This document shows positions 9,656-19,643 of a DNA stretch of 64,000 bases, in pieces (the first letter of the stretch is position 1; every line of letters starts with the position of its first letter). The position numbers were made by a program, and so were the translations under genes. The notes under the pieces were generated by a model that did not search any database, was not told where the DNA came from, and worked only from the letters and a program-made list of their open reading frames with translations. This DNA comes from an uncultured bacterium (GTDB taxonomy: Bacteria; Arandabacterota; Arandabacteria; JAGLYR01): positions 3,594 through 67,593 of the forward strand of contig CAZSXU010000007.1 of NCBI GenBank assembly GCA_964610505.1. The letters are read 5' to 3'.

Positions 9656-10411
9656 ATGTCCGGTCATTCAAAATGGGCGACCATCAGGCGCAAGAAGGAG
9701 AGGGTCGACGCGGCCCGGGGGCGAATCTTCACCAAACTGATTCGCGAGCTCACCGTGGCGGCGAGGGCCGGTGGAGGGGATCCGGTCTCGAACATCCGTC
9801 TCAGAACCGCTATCCAGGCGGCCAAAGACGCCAACATGCCCCAGGCCAACATCGACAAGGCCATCAAGCGAGGAACGGGTGAACTCCCGGGGGTCAACTA
9901 TGAGGAAGGCACTCTGGAGGCCTACGCTCCGGGCGGCATTGCACTTCTGATCGAGATTCTGACCGACAACAGGAATCGAACAACCTCCGAAGTCCGGCAC
10001 ATCCTGACCAAGAACGGGGGGCGGATGGCGGACGCGGGAAGTGTCGCCTGGATGTTCAAACAGAGGGGCGTCATCACGATCGACAAGGGCAAGGTGGATG
10101 AGGAGACCGTGATGGACGCTGCCCTTGAATTCGGGGCGGATGATGTCGGCGGGGAAGCGAGTTTCTTCGAGGTGACCACGACGACGGCCGCTTTCGAGGG
10201 GGTCCGAGACGGGCTGAGGGAGAAAGGCATCGACTACGCCGAAGCGCAGCTGGTGAAGGTGCCCCAGAATACGGTCACGCTCGAGGAAAAGGACGCCGGA
10301 AAGGTCGTCAGAATCATCGGGGCCCTCGAGGAACATGACGACGTCCAGGACGTGTTTTCCAACTTCGATGCACCGCTCGACCTTATGGAACGCCTGATGT
10401 CCGAGGCATAG
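9656..10411 (+). CDS. yebC: YebC/PmpR family DNA-binding transcriptional regulator
   Basis: N-terminus MSGHSKWATIRRKK is family-diagnostic. Confidence 0.9.
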   Translation: MSGHSKWATIRRKKERVDAARGRIFTKLIRELTVAARAGGGDPVSNIRLRTAIQAAKDANMPQANIDKAIKRGTGELPGVNYEEGTLEAYAPGGIALLIEILTDNRNRTTSEVRHILTKNGGRMADAGSVAWMFKQRGVITIDKGKVDEETVMDAALEFGADDVGGEASFFEVTTTTAAFEGVRDGLREKGIDYAEAQLVKVPQNTVTLEEKDAGKVVRIIGALEEHDDVQDVFSNFDAPLDLMERLMSEA

Positions 10412-10443
10412 CCCTCCACTCGACAAGCGACAGGCGACGCGCG

Positions 10444-10977
10444 ATGAAGATCCTTGGACTCGACCCAGGTTCGATGGTGACGGGATACGGCGTCGTCGAG
10501 GTTGACGGCCCAAGAGTGACTTTCGTGACCGGCGGCGGGATTCGGCCTCGTGCGCGCGCGTTTCCTGAGCGCCTGACCCAGATTGCGGAGCGCCTGGCCG
10601 AAATACTCGTCCGCGAGAAGCCCGACGTCGTGGTGGTCGAAGATGTGTTCAATGCGAGGAACGTCAAGTCGGCCTTCAAGATCGCGCATGTCCGGGGAGC
10701 GCTTCTGCTGGTGTGTGCCCAGGCCGATGTGAGAATCGCCGAGTACTCGCCGGCGGAGATCAAGAAGGCAGTCGTAGGAAACGGCTCGGCGGCGAAGGAA
10801 CAGGTGCAGTTCATGGTCAAGCATCTGCTCGGGCTGGAGGAGGCACCGCCGGCGGACGAATCGGACGCCCTGGCTGCTGCGATTTGTCATTCGCAGCGGG
10901 TCGGAGTGAAGGGACAAACGGGCGAATCGGCGAGTGGGCGAGTGGGCGAGAAAGCCACAGAGTACCGTCTCCCCTGA
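10444..10977 (+). CDS. ruvC: Crossover junction endodeoxyribonuclease RuvC
   Basis: N-terminus ILGLDPGS..GYGVV and conserved acidic residues. Confidence 0.9.
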   Translation: MKILGLDPGSMVTGYGVVEVDGPRVTFVTGGGIRPRARAFPERLTQIAERLAEILVREKPDVVVVEDVFNARNVKSAFKIAHVRGALLLVCAQADVRIAEYSPAEIKKAVVGNGSAAKEQVQFMVKHLLGLEEAPPADESDALAAAICHSQRVGVKGQTGESASGRVGEKATEYRLP

Positions 10978-11007
10978 TCTGCAGGAGGGGATTCCCGTCC
11001 CCGGAGG

Positions 11008-11652
11008 TTGACGTTGATCTGGCGAGTAAGGGGCAAGATCCTTGACAAAGGCCCGTCGCACCTGGTGGTCGACGTGGGGGGAATCGGTTTCCTGGTTCAC
11101 ACGCCGGTGAGCTCCTTCGATCGCTTCGGCGGCGAGGGAGATGACGTGGATCTCCTCACGTATCTCCATGTTCGCGAAGACGCCATGGATCTGTACGGAT
11201 TCGCGGAGGAGGGCCAGCGGCGGCTCTTCCGAATGCTGCTCGCCGTGTCGGGTATCGGTCCCCGATCGGCTCTGGGAATTCTCTCGGGCATGGGCACCGA
11301 GGCGCTGCAGACGGCCATTCTGGGCGCCGATGTGGCGACGCTCACTCGGATTCCGGGCGTTGGTCGCAAGACCGCGCAGCGGATCGTCGTGGAACTGAAG
11401 GGTCCCCTGTCGGAGGGGCCCGGAGCCGGGCTGTTCGCCGCCGGTGGCGAGGACGACCGCCTGGGAGGCGCCGTGGAGGCCCTTGTGGCCCTGGGGTTCC
11501 GCAGATCGGAAGCGTACCGTTCTGCAGCCAATGTCATTCGGGGCGGTGCGGATGTGTCCCTGGAAGAGGTTGTGAAGCAGGTGCTTGCGGATTCCATGGC
11601 AAGACCCCACAGTAGCACCGCAGGGGAAGCCAAAACCGAGGTTGGGAAATGA
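11008..11652 (+). CDS. ruvA: Holliday junction branch migration protein RuvA
   Basis: [16 protein letters not shown] motif and HhH domain ([11 protein letters not shown]). Confidence 0.85.
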   Translation: MTLIWRVRGKILDKGPSHLVVDVGGIGFLVHTPVSSFDRFGGEGDDVDLLTYLHVREDAMDLYGFAEEGQRRLFRMLLAVSGIGPRSALGILSGMGTEALQTAILGADVATLTRIPGVGRKTAQRIVVELKGPLSEGPGAGLFAAGGEDDRLGGAVEALVALGFRRSEAYRSAANVIRGGADVSLEEVVKQVLADSMARPHSSTAGEAKTEVGK

Positions 11653-12671
11653 CGGAGCGTTCCAGAGTTACGGATCCCCATCCGGCTGCAGAGGAAGCCG
11701 AGCTCGATCTTACGCTTCGGCCTCGGCACCTGGATGAGTTCGTCGGCCAACCGCGCCTCAAGGAGAACTTGAGGATCTTCGTAGAAGCCGCCACGAAGCG
11801 CGGGGAGGCGCTGGATCACGTCCTGCTCTGCGGTCCCCCGGGTCTGGGCAAGACGACGCTGGCACACATCGTGGCGCGGGAGCTGGGAGTCGATATCACC
11901 TGCACGTCGGGTCCCGTTCTGGAAAGGCCGGCGGATCTGGCGGGAATGCTGACCAACCTGCCCCGGCGGGCCGTACTCTTCATCGATGAGATCCATCGTC
12001 TGAGCCATGTCATCGAGGAGTATCTGTATCCGGCGATGGAGGAGTTCGAACTGGACATTATGATCGATCGCGGTCCGGCCGCCCGCTCGGTCAAGCTCTC
12101 TCTTCAGAACTTCACCCTGATCGGCGCCACGACGCGCGCGGGCATGATTACCTCGCCGCTCCGGGCGCGGTTCGGGGTGCACTTCCGGCTCGGGTTCTAC
12201 GGTTCCGAGGACCTCTATCAGATTGTCCTGCGCTCAGCGCGCATTCTCGGTTTGGACGTGGACGAACACGGGGCGAGAGAAATCGCCCGCCGGTCGCGCG
12301 GTACACCCCGAATCGCCAATCGTCTCCTCCGAAGAGTTCGGGACTTCGCGGACGTCGAAGGAGACGGGCGGGTGACGCTTGACCTGGCGCGCTCGGCGCT
12401 GGATCGGCTGGACGTCGACGAGCAGGGTCTGGATCTGATGGACATGTCCATCCTCGAGACGATCGTCCATAAGTTCGGCGGAGGGCCGGTCGGCCTCAAC
12501 AGCCTTGCCGTGGCGGTTGGGGAAGAGGCCGATACCATCGAAGAGGTGTACGAGCCCTTCCTCGTCCAGGAGGGCTACATCCAGCGAACGGCCCGCGGTC
12601 GAGAAGCCACCGGGCGGGCGTATGAGCACCTGAAGGTCAAGGGCAAGGAGACGCAACCGAAGCTCTTCTAG
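11649..12671 (+). CDS. ruvB: Holliday junction DNA helicase RuvB
   Basis: Walker A motif [11 protein letters not shown] and RuvB C-terminus. The start overlaps the ruvA stop by 4 nt. Confidence 0.95.
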   Translation: MTERSRVTDPHPAAEEAELDLTLRPRHLDEFVGQPRLKENLRIFVEAATKRGEALDHVLLCGPPGLGKTTLAHIVARELGVDITCTSGPVLERPADLAGMLTNLPRRAVLFIDEIHRLSHVIEEYLYPAMEEFELDIMIDRGPAARSVKLSLQNFTLIGATTRAGMITSPLRARFGVHFRLGFYGSEDLYQIVLRSARILGLDVDEHGAREIARRSRGTPRIANRLLRRVRDFADVEGDGRVTLDLARSALDRLDVDEQGLDLMDMSILETIVHKFGGGPVGLNSLAVAVGEEADTIEEVYEPFLVQEGYIQRTARGREATGRAYEHLKVKGKETQPKLF

Positions 12672-12680
12672 GTCCGCGCG

Positions 12681-12905
12681 ATGAACGGGCTCGTTTCACT
12701 GGGAAAGATCCTGATCGCCGTGGGAATTCTGTCGATTCTCCTCGGCGCGCTCTTGGTGTTGGGCAAGCATATTCCCTTTCTGGGACGACTGCCCGGAGAT
12801 TTTACATTCGAGAGGAAAGGCGTCCACGTATTTTTCCCCCTGGCGACCTGCCTCGTGATCAGTGTCGTTCTGACCGTTCTACTGAATTTGATATTCAGAC
12901 GATAG
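12681..12905 (+). CDS. DUF2905 family small membrane protein
   Basis: 74 aa with two TM helices and a GRLPGDF motif. Confidence 0.6.
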   Translation: MNGLVSLGKILIAVGILSILLGALLVLGKHIPFLGRLPGDFTFERKGVHVFFPLATCLVISVVLTVLLNLIFRR

Positions 12906-12925
12906 ATCGGCGCCTCGAGTGCCGA

Positions 12926-14008
12926 GTGGCCCGGAGGTCTCTTCTCCGCATGTCTGAAGCGGTTCCCGACAGTCTTCATCTTCGCGACTACGACTACTTT
13001 CTGCCGAAAGAGAAGGTTGCTCAATTCCCGCTCTCGAAGCGGGAGGCGTCCAGGCTACTGGTCCTCGACCGCGCATCCGGGGCCACCGAGCACCGGCGAT
13101 TCACGGACCTGGACTCGTATCTCTCCTCCGGAGATCTGCTGGTCGTCAATGAGACGAAGGTCATTCCTGCCCGGCTTTCCGGGATGAAGGTCGGCACGGG
13201 CGCCCGCCTGGAAGTGTTTCTTCTCCGGGATCTGGGAGACGATGGCTGGGAAACGCTCATCAAGCCACAGAGGCGCGTTCGAAGCGGCACAGACATAGAC
13301 CTCGGTGAGGGCGTCCGGGCGGTGGTGGAGGGGTGGGTGGGAGAAGGGAAGTTCCGGATCCGGATCGTTTCGGGTGGCCCGCTCGCCTCTGTGCTGGATG
13401 GGCTGGGCGAAGTGCCTCTTCCTCCCTACATTCGGAGGGATCCGGTGCCCGAGGACAGGGAGCGATACCAGACGGTCTTTGCCGCCGAGCCGGGCGCCGT
13501 GGCTGCGCCGACGGCCGGTCTTCATTTCACGCGGGAGCACCTCGACCGCCTGGTCGACGGGGGAGTGGGCATCGGAAGGATGACCCTTCACACAGGCCTT
13601 GGAACGTTTCGTCCTATCAAGAAGGAGGACGTGACCAAGCACCGGATGGAGGCGGAGTATTTCGAGGTCGGCGAGGTCCTGGTCCGCCGGATCGCCGAGT
13701 GTAAGGCGTCCGGCGGGAAGGTGATCGCAGTCGGGACGACGACCACTCGAGCTCTGGAATCGGCCGCCCGCTGGAACGGATCGGACACTCTCGCTGCGGC
13801 CGAGGGATGGACCGATCAGTTCATCTACCCGCCGTTTGAGTTCCGGGTCGTCGACTCGCTGGTCACGAATTTCCACCAGCCGAAATCGACGCTTCTGCTT
13901 CTGGTCTCCGCTTTTGCAGGGCGAGATCTCATCATGAAGGCGTACCGCGAGGCGCTGGAGAGGGACTATCGGTTCTTGAGCTACGGCGACGCGATGCTGA
14001 TACTGTAA
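12926..14008 (+). CDS. queA: tRNA preQ1(34) S-adenosylmethionine ribosyltransferase-isomerase
   Basis: DYDYFLP...VAQ.P N-terminus and conserved QueA core. Confidence 0.9.
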   Translation: MARRSLLRMSEAVPDSLHLRDYDYFLPKEKVAQFPLSKREASRLLVLDRASGATEHRRFTDLDSYLSSGDLLVVNETKVIPARLSGMKVGTGARLEVFLLRDLGDDGWETLIKPQRRVRSGTDIDLGEGVRAVVEGWVGEGKFRIRIVSGGPLASVLDGLGEVPLPPYIRRDPVPEDRERYQTVFAAEPGAVAAPTAGLHFTREHLDRLVDGGVGIGRMTLHTGLGTFRPIKKEDVTKHRMEAEYFEVGEVLVRRIAECKASGGKVIAVGTTTTRALESAARWNGSDTLAAAEGWTDQFIYPPFEFRVVDSLVTNFHQPKSTLLLLVSAFAGRDLIMKAYREALERDYRFLSYGDAMLIL

Positions 14009-14055
14009 GGGAGAGCGAGAGAGCGCGACGAATCACAAGACCCCCGTCTGCACCC

Positions 14056-14136
14056 CACGGTGCCGGCCACGGTGCTGGCCACGGCGCCGCCCACGGCACC
14101 GGCCACGGCGCCGCCCACGGCGCCGCCCACGGCGCA
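14056..14136. repeat. Tandem 12-nt repeat CACGG(T/C)GC(C/T)G(G/C)C, about 6.75 copies, in the queA-tgt intergenic region
   Basis: The period-12 repeat can be read directly in the sequence. Confidence 0.85.
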
Positions 14137-14186
14137 AGGCTCGGGCGGGGAACGGCAGAGGGCGGCCCATCCTGGAGGCGTGACGC

Positions 14187-15344
14187 TTGAACCTCGGACA
14201 TTCAGCCATACGCTTCGACATCGAGGCCGTTGATGAGCGGACCGGTGCGCGGGCCGGCAGGCTTCATACACCCCACGGGGTGGTGGAAACGCCGGTGTTT
14301 ATGCCCGTGGGGACGCAGGCGACGGTGAAGACGCTGGCGCCGGACGATCTCGACGCCGCCGGCGTATCGATGATCCTGGCCAACGCCTATCATCTCTATC
14401 TCCGGCCGGGAGCGGACTTGATGAGACGAGCGGGCGGGATCCACCGCTTCATGAGCTGGGGCGGGTCCGTTCTCACCGACAGCGGCGGCTTCCAGGTGTT
14501 CAGCATGGCGGACTTGAACCGGATCACGGATGAGGGGGTCCGTTTCCAATCTCATCTGGACGGTTCCGGCCATCTGTTCACCCCCGAGAGCGTGATGGCT
14601 CTGGAAATCGATCTGGGCGCCGACGTGATCATGTGCTTCGACCAGTGCACGTCCTACCCGTGCACGCACGCGTACGCCGAGGCCGCCACGGACCGGACCC
14701 TCCACTGGGCCCGGCGATGTGTCCGGACCTTCGACGAGTTGAAACGCAGGCCCGAAGAGGCGGATCGCCCCCAAGCGCTCTTCGGAATTGTCCAGGGAAG
14801 TACCTTCACCGATCTTCGCACGCGCTGTGCGCGGGAATTGGCGGAACTTGAGTTTCCCGGCTATGCGGTGGGGGGACTCTCCGTGGGCGAGCCGAAGTCG
14901 GCGATGGAGGAGATGCTGCATGTCAGTCTGGAGCCCCTGCCCGGGGAGAAGCCGAGATACCTGATGGGCGTCGGCTTCCCGGACGATCTGGTTATGGGCG
15001 TCTCTCTCGGAATCGACATGTTCGACTGCGTGATGCCGACGCGCAACGCCAGAAATGGAACCGTGTTCACCCGGAGGGGGAAGCTGGTAGTCAAGAACGC
15101 CGAGTACCAGACGGACTTCCGGCCCATTGACCCCGAGTGTGATTGCCCGGCATGCGGGGGATTCTCGCGGGCGTATCTGCGGCACCTGTTTCAGGCCGGA
15201 GAGATTCTGGGGCCGCGGTTGGCCACGCTCCACAGCGTCTTCTTCTATCAGTGGCTGATGCGCAAAATGCGACTGGCGATTTTGGAGAATCGATTCTATG
15301 ATTGGAAGCAAGAGTTTCTGGACCTGTACGCGAGGGGTTGGTAA
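14187..15344 (+). CDS. tgt: Queuine tRNA-ribosyltransferase
   Basis: Conserved Tgt core and the C-terminal Zn-site motif CDCPAC. Confidence 0.95.
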   Translation: MNLGHSAIRFDIEAVDERTGARAGRLHTPHGVVETPVFMPVGTQATVKTLAPDDLDAAGVSMILANAYHLYLRPGADLMRRAGGIHRFMSWGGSVLTDSGGFQVFSMADLNRITDEGVRFQSHLDGSGHLFTPESVMALEIDLGADVIMCFDQCTSYPCTHAYAEAATDRTLHWARRCVRTFDELKRRPEEADRPQALFGIVQGSTFTDLRTRCARELAELEFPGYAVGGLSVGEPKSAMEEMLHVSLEPLPGEKPRYLMGVGFPDDLVMGVSLGIDMFDCVMPTRNARNGTVFTRRGKLVVKNAEYQTDFRPIDPECDCPACGGFSRAYLRHLFQAGEILGPRLATLHSVFFYQWLMRKMRLAILENRFYDWKQEFLDLYARGW

Positions 15345-15420
15345 TCTGGTGAATCAGGGGAAGGCCGAACCTCTACGCAGGGGGTTGGTCGTCAGGTACG
15401 TGAGGGGAGGGCCGAGTCTC
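15327..15420. repeat. Imperfect tandem duplication (2 x 47 nt, about 74% identity) spanning the tgt stop codon
   Basis: TACGCGAGGGGTTGGTAATC...CCGAACCTC is followed by TACGCAGGGGGTTGGTCGTC...CCGAGTCTC. Confidence 0.7.
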
Positions 15421-15617
15421 CGAGTTCCGGAATCCTGGAGAATCGGCCGAGCGTGCGGGTCCGCCGGACGTGCGGGGGGAGCGGTGGGAAGCGACGCGAG
15501 GACTCCGGTGCTCGATCGCTCCCGTCGTGCGAACTCCCCGGGCCAGCGTGGTCACGCGCGGATGACGGGTGTTTCGCGGGATTCCGTTCAACGCGAATGA
15601 CGTGAGAGGAGTAAACC

Positions 15618-15935
15618 ATGTTTGGAATCGTGGGGTGGTGGGTTCTTCTGCAGGCAGGACAACGGCCGAGCGCTCTGGTGCAGATGCTGCCCATCGTGGC
15701 GATCCTGGTCATCTTCTACTTCTTGCTGATTCGGCCGAAGCAGAGGGAGCAGAAGGCGCACCAGAAGATGTTGACGCAGCTCGGCAAGGGGGATCGCGTT
15801 CTCACCTCGGGCGGGATCTTCGGTAGTGTGGTGGGATTGAAGGACGACCGCGTGGTGGTCAAAATAGCGGAAAACGTCAAGATCGAGTTGCTCAAATCAT
15901 CGGTTCTACGCAAATTGGAGGGAGAGGAGAGCTAG
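15618..15935 (+). CDS. yajC: Preprotein translocase subunit YajC
   Basis: 105 aa with a single TM and YajC-like sequence (LLIRPQQ...GGI.G.V). Confidence 0.85.
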   Translation: MFGIVGWWVLLQAGQRPSALVQMLPIVAILVIFYFLLIRPKQREQKAHQKMLTQLGKGDRVLTSGGIFGSVVGLKDDRVVVKIAENVKIELLKSSVLRKLEGEES

Positions 15936-15984
15936 AGACCCGCTCGGGCCCCAGTGCGGCCGGGCGATAAGGCGAGGCGCGAGC

Positions 15985-16494
15985 ATGGCGATTCTTCGAA
16001 TCAGAACGGTTGGTGATCCCGTACTGAGGGGCGAGGCAAAAAAGATTGAGAACATCTCGGGCGACACCATTGCGCTCGCGGAGTCCATGATGGAGACCAT
16101 GCGCGCCAATCGAGGGATCGGCCTTGCGGCCCCGCAGGTGGGTGAGCCGGTATCCCTCATCATCGTCCCGTCTTCAAAGGACTGGGAGGAGGCCACGCCA
16201 CTGGCCGTCGTCAATCCGGTTCTCAGCGGGCTCGAGGGAGCCGAGGTGGACCAGGAAGGGTGTCTCAGCGTTCCGGGCTTTTCGGAGAACGTCGAGCGCG
16301 CGGCGTGCTGCGTTCTCACCGGCCAGGATCTCAAGGGACACGACATTCGGATCGAGGCTGAAGAGCTCCTCGCCCGGGTGTTTCAACATGAGGTGGACCA
16401 TCTCAACGGCGTCCTCTATCTGGATCGGTTGTCTCCTCTCAAGCGGGACATGATCCTCCGGAAAATCGAACGGGAACGCAAGGAGCAGGAGTAG
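15985..16494 (+). CDS. def: Peptide deformylase
   Basis: GIGLAAPQVG, EGCLS and HE..HL motifs. Confidence 0.9.
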   Translation: MAILRIRTVGDPVLRGEAKKIENISGDTIALAESMMETMRANRGIGLAAPQVGEPVSLIIVPSSKDWEEATPLAVVNPVLSGLEGAEVDQEGCLSVPGFSENVERAACCVLTGQDLKGHDIRIEAEELLARVFQHEVDHLNGVLYLDRLSPLKRDMILRKIERERKEQE

Positions 16495-16548
16495 ATCCAG
16501 GGCGCGCCCCGAATGTTCCATCCCGCCAGTCGGAAGCAGGTCTGAGTC

Positions 16549-17508
16549 GTGGCCATCATTTTCGCAGGAACCCCGGAATTCGCCGTCCCCTCGCTCCGCG
16601 CGCTTCACGAGGCTGGGTTCTCCCCCGCTGCCGTGGTGACGCAGCTGGACCGGCCCCGGGGACGGGGACGAAAGGTGGAATCCTCTCCCGTAAAACAGGA
16701 AGCAGAGCGCCTTGGACTCCGTGTGGAGCAGCCGAAACGGTTCTCGAGCAAGCTGTTCCTTCCGGTTCTGGAGGAACTGAATCCCGAGCTTCTTGTGCTG
16801 GTCGCCTACGGCCAGATTCTGAAACCCCGTGCGCTGGCCCTTTTCGAGAAGGGTTGCATTAATCTCCATCCCTCTCGCCTCCCTGAACTCCGGGGAGCCG
16901 CTCCGCTCAACTGGACCATCATCAACGGCATGGCTCGGACGGGACTGACCACCTTCTATATGAACGACGCGATGGACGCGGGAGACGTCATCCTCCAGGA
17001 AGAGACCACCGTCGGGGAAAACGAAACGGCCGGTGACCTGGGGCAGCGCCTGGCGCGCGAGGGCGCCGATCTTCTGGTTCGAACGGTCCGTCAGGTCATG
17101 GCGGGCGTCGCGCCCCGCGTTTCCCAGGATGATGCCGCGGCCACCTTTGCTCCGAGGCTCCAGAAGTCGGATGGAGTCATCGCCTGGGGTGCCGGTGCGA
17201 CCTGCGTCCACGGGAAGATCATGGGCATGAATCCGTGGCCCGGAGCCATGACCGTTCGTAAAGGCCGGGCGCTCGCCCTGTGGCGCTCCCGCGTGCTGGA
17301 GCGCGACGGAGCCACCCCGCCGGGTGTGGTTCAGGGACTCGAAAGCGACGGGATCTCCGTGGGGTGCGGAAAAGGATCCGTCGTCGTGACCGAAGTGCAG
17401 GTTCCCGGCAAACGGCGCGTGTCCGCGGCGGCTTTCGCCAGGGGCTACCATGTGGAGAAGGGGGAGCGGTGGGGTGAGGAAGATGCCGCCTCGAGCCTGG
17501 AAGGGTAA
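16549..17508 (+). CDS. fmt: Methionyl-tRNA formyltransferase
   Basis: IIFAGTPEFAVPSL N-terminus and formyltransferase core. Confidence 0.9.
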   Translation: MAIIFAGTPEFAVPSLRALHEAGFSPAAVVTQLDRPRGRGRKVESSPVKQEAERLGLRVEQPKRFSSKLFLPVLEELNPELLVLVAYGQILKPRALALFEKGCINLHPSRLPELRGAAPLNWTIINGMARTGLTTFYMNDAMDAGDVILQEETTVGENETAGDLGQRLAREGADLLVRTVRQVMAGVAPRVSQDDAAATFAPRLQKSDGVIAWGAGATCVHGKIMGMNPWPGAMTVRKGRALALWRSRVLERDGATPPGVVQGLESDGISVGCGKGSVVVTEVQVPGKRRVSAAAFARGYHVEKGERWGEEDAASSLEG

Positions 17509-18877
17509 AGACGGCGGCCGGCGGGCCAGGCGGGCCGAGGCCCGAGCGAGCGTCCGTGGGCTGGCGCTGGAAGTCCTCTCCGCGGTCGAAGACGGCGCCT
17601 CGCTGGACCGGCTCGTGGCGGACCGACTCTCCGCTGCGTCTCTTGATATACGTGACCGCTCCCTCGGCACGCATCTCATCCAGGGTACGCTGCGGTTCAG
17701 GAAGTACCTGGACTGGGGGATCGCCCAGTACCTGAAGGGAAACCTTCACGATCTTCCGTCGCCCATTCGGAACACTCTACGACTGGCGTTCTATCAGTTA
17801 CTTTTCCTGGATCGGATTCCGGCGCGGGCGGTGGTAAACGAGCATGTGTCCCTGGCATCCGTGTTCGGCCATCGCGGAACCGCCGGACTCGTGAACGCCG
17901 TTCTACGGTCCTTCCTTCGGGCCGACCGGCACATCGCGATTCCCGAGACCGGGGATCCCGTCATACGAATCGCGATCGAGACCTCGCACCCGGAGTGGCT
18001 GGTCCGGCGGTGGGTGGGTCGATACGGTGAGGAGGAAGCCCGGCGGTTGGCGTCGGCGAACAACCGGATTCCGAAGCTGAGCGTTCGCGTGAATCAGCGG
18101 CGGACCACGCCTGAAGCACTCGCCGGAAAATTCGCCGATGTCGGCATCGATGTTACGCCCGGCCTGTACGGCGCCGGCACGCTCATTCTCGACCGGCCTT
18201 CCCGAGTCTCCGATCTCCCGGGTTTCGCGGAGGGTTGGTTCCAGGTGCAGGACGACAGCTCCGTACTGGTTGGACTGCTGGCGGCTCCGAAGAGCGGGGA
18301 ACGCGTGATCGACCTGTGTTCCGGGGTCGGGGGGAAGACTTCCCACCTGGCCGATCTGTCCGGCGGCCGTTCCACGGTGGTTGGTGTTGATCGAGCGATG
18401 TGGCGCCTACGGAAACTCCGCGAGAACTGCGACCGTCTGGGGCTTCACTCGGTGTTCGAGATATGCGGGGATGTGGCCCAGCCGTGCGTCCAACCTTCGG
18501 ACATCGTCGTACTGGATGCCCCGTGCTCGGGTACGGGCGTGCTGGCCCGAAGGGCGGATGCCCGGTGGAAACGCCGGGAGGAGGATGTGTTGCGACTGGC
18601 CCGCCTGCAGGAAACCTTGCTCAATGCGGCTTCCCCGCTTGTCAAAAGCGGTGGACACCTAGTATACAGTGTGTGCAGTCTGGAGCCGGAAGAGTGCGAG
18701 GACGTGGTTCGCGGATTCCTGAAGACCAACCCGGAGTTCGGGCTGCATCCGGCGGGTGAGCTTCTGCCGGAGGCCGTGGTCGATGGGGATGGGTGTTTGC
18801 GGACTCTTCCACACCGGCACGGGGTGGATGGAATCTTCGCGGCGAGAATGAGAAAGGTCGGTTCTCATATCCGATGA
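17483..18877 (+). CDS. rsmB: 16S rRNA (cytosine967-C5)-methyltransferase RsmB
   Basis: NusB-like N-domain plus a SAM MTase with DAPCSGTG and PC motifs. The start is uncertain; the ORF opens at 17450. Confidence 0.8.
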   Translation: MPPRAWKGKDGGRRARRAEARASVRGLALEVLSAVEDGASLDRLVADRLSAASLDIRDRSLGTHLIQGTLRFRKYLDWGIAQYLKGNLHDLPSPIRNTLRLAFYQLLFLDRIPARAVVNEHVSLASVFGHRGTAGLVNAVLRSFLRADRHIAIPETGDPVIRIAIETSHPEWLVRRWVGRYGEEEARRLASANNRIPKLSVRVNQRRTTPEALAGKFADVGIDVTPGLYGAGTLILDRPSRVSDLPGFAEGWFQVQDDSSVLVGLLAAPKSGERVIDLCSGVGGKTSHLADLSGGRSTVVGVDRAMWRLRKLRENCDRLGLHSVFEICGDVAQPCVQPSDIVVLDAPCSGTGVLARRADARWKRREEDVLRLARLQETLLNAASPLVKSGGHLVYSVCSLEPEECEDVVRGFLKTNPEFGLHPAGELLPEAVVDGDGCLRTLPHRHGVDGIFAARMRKVGSHIR

Positions 18878-19611
18878 GCATGCGCTCGGGTTGTCTTTGG
18901 TTTGTTCTTGTGGTCGCGGTGATCGGCTTGTCCTTCATCGGCGGCGTGGTGGCCTTCAACTTCATCATGGCGTATTCGGTGCGTCATGGCGAGGAGATCA
19001 CGGTCCCGCAGCTCAAGGGGTTGGCTTTCGACAAGGCCGAGTGCGTTGCCAAGGGCGCGAAGTTACGCCTTCGAAAAGAGGGGGAGCGCTTCAGCGCGAC
19101 CGTGCCGCCCGGCTTCGTTCTGGAGCAAAACCCGCGGGCCGCGCGGCGGGTGAAAGAAGGGCGGAGGATTTCCGTCATCGTGAGCGGGGGAACCGAAACC
19201 GTGGTGGTGCCGGAACTCGTGGGCCGGCCGGCCAGGCAGGCCGTGGTTCTTCTGGACGGAGCAGGACTGGAACTGGGGACGACGGCCGAGAGCCCTTCGC
19301 GTCGGGTGGAAGGAGGGGCCGTGATCGCGTGCAGTCCCGCTGCGGGGGCGGCGCTGGAGCGGGGAAGCCGGGTGGATCTGGTCGTGAGTCTGGCACCGGC
19401 TCCGATTCGGTTCATGATGCCCAATCTGGCGGGAATCGAAGCGAACCGGGCCCGCAAGTACCTGGAAGGACTGGGAACCGTGGTGCTCCGTTCCAGAGAG
19501 TATGGTCCTCGAGGGAGGAGCGGGCCCTGGAGAGTGGTCAGCCAGAGACCCACCTTCGGGCACATGGTGACCGAGGGGGATACGGTGAATCTGGTCGTGG
19601 GCGTGCAATAG
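18874..19611 (+). CDS. PASTA-domain membrane protein (N-terminal TM helix plus three PASTA repeats, no kinase domain)
   Basis: TM segment CLWFVLVVAVIGLSFIGGVVAF is followed by repeated PASTA-like units. The ATG overlaps the rsmB stop (ATGA). Confidence 0.75.
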   Translation: MSMRSGCLWFVLVVAVIGLSFIGGVVAFNFIMAYSVRHGEEITVPQLKGLAFDKAECVAKGAKLRLRKEGERFSATVPPGFVLEQNPRAARRVKEGRRISVIVSGGTETVVVPELVGRPARQAVVLLDGAGLELGTTAESPSRRVEGGAVIACSPAAGAALERGSRVDLVVSLAPAPIRFMMPNLAGIEANRARKYLEGLGTVVLRSREYGPRGRSGPWRVVSQRPTFGHMVTEGDTVNLVVGVQ

Positions 19612-19643
19612 GCAAAGCGGGAGACCTGAAAGGGGAGGGTGCC

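Noticed and set aside
18891-19643. Upstream 250 codons of ORF 18891-20315, reading into rpe
   Set aside because: It overlaps the PASTA gene in a different frame and gives a Gly/Arg low-complexity translation. The rpe homology begins at the GTG at 19644.
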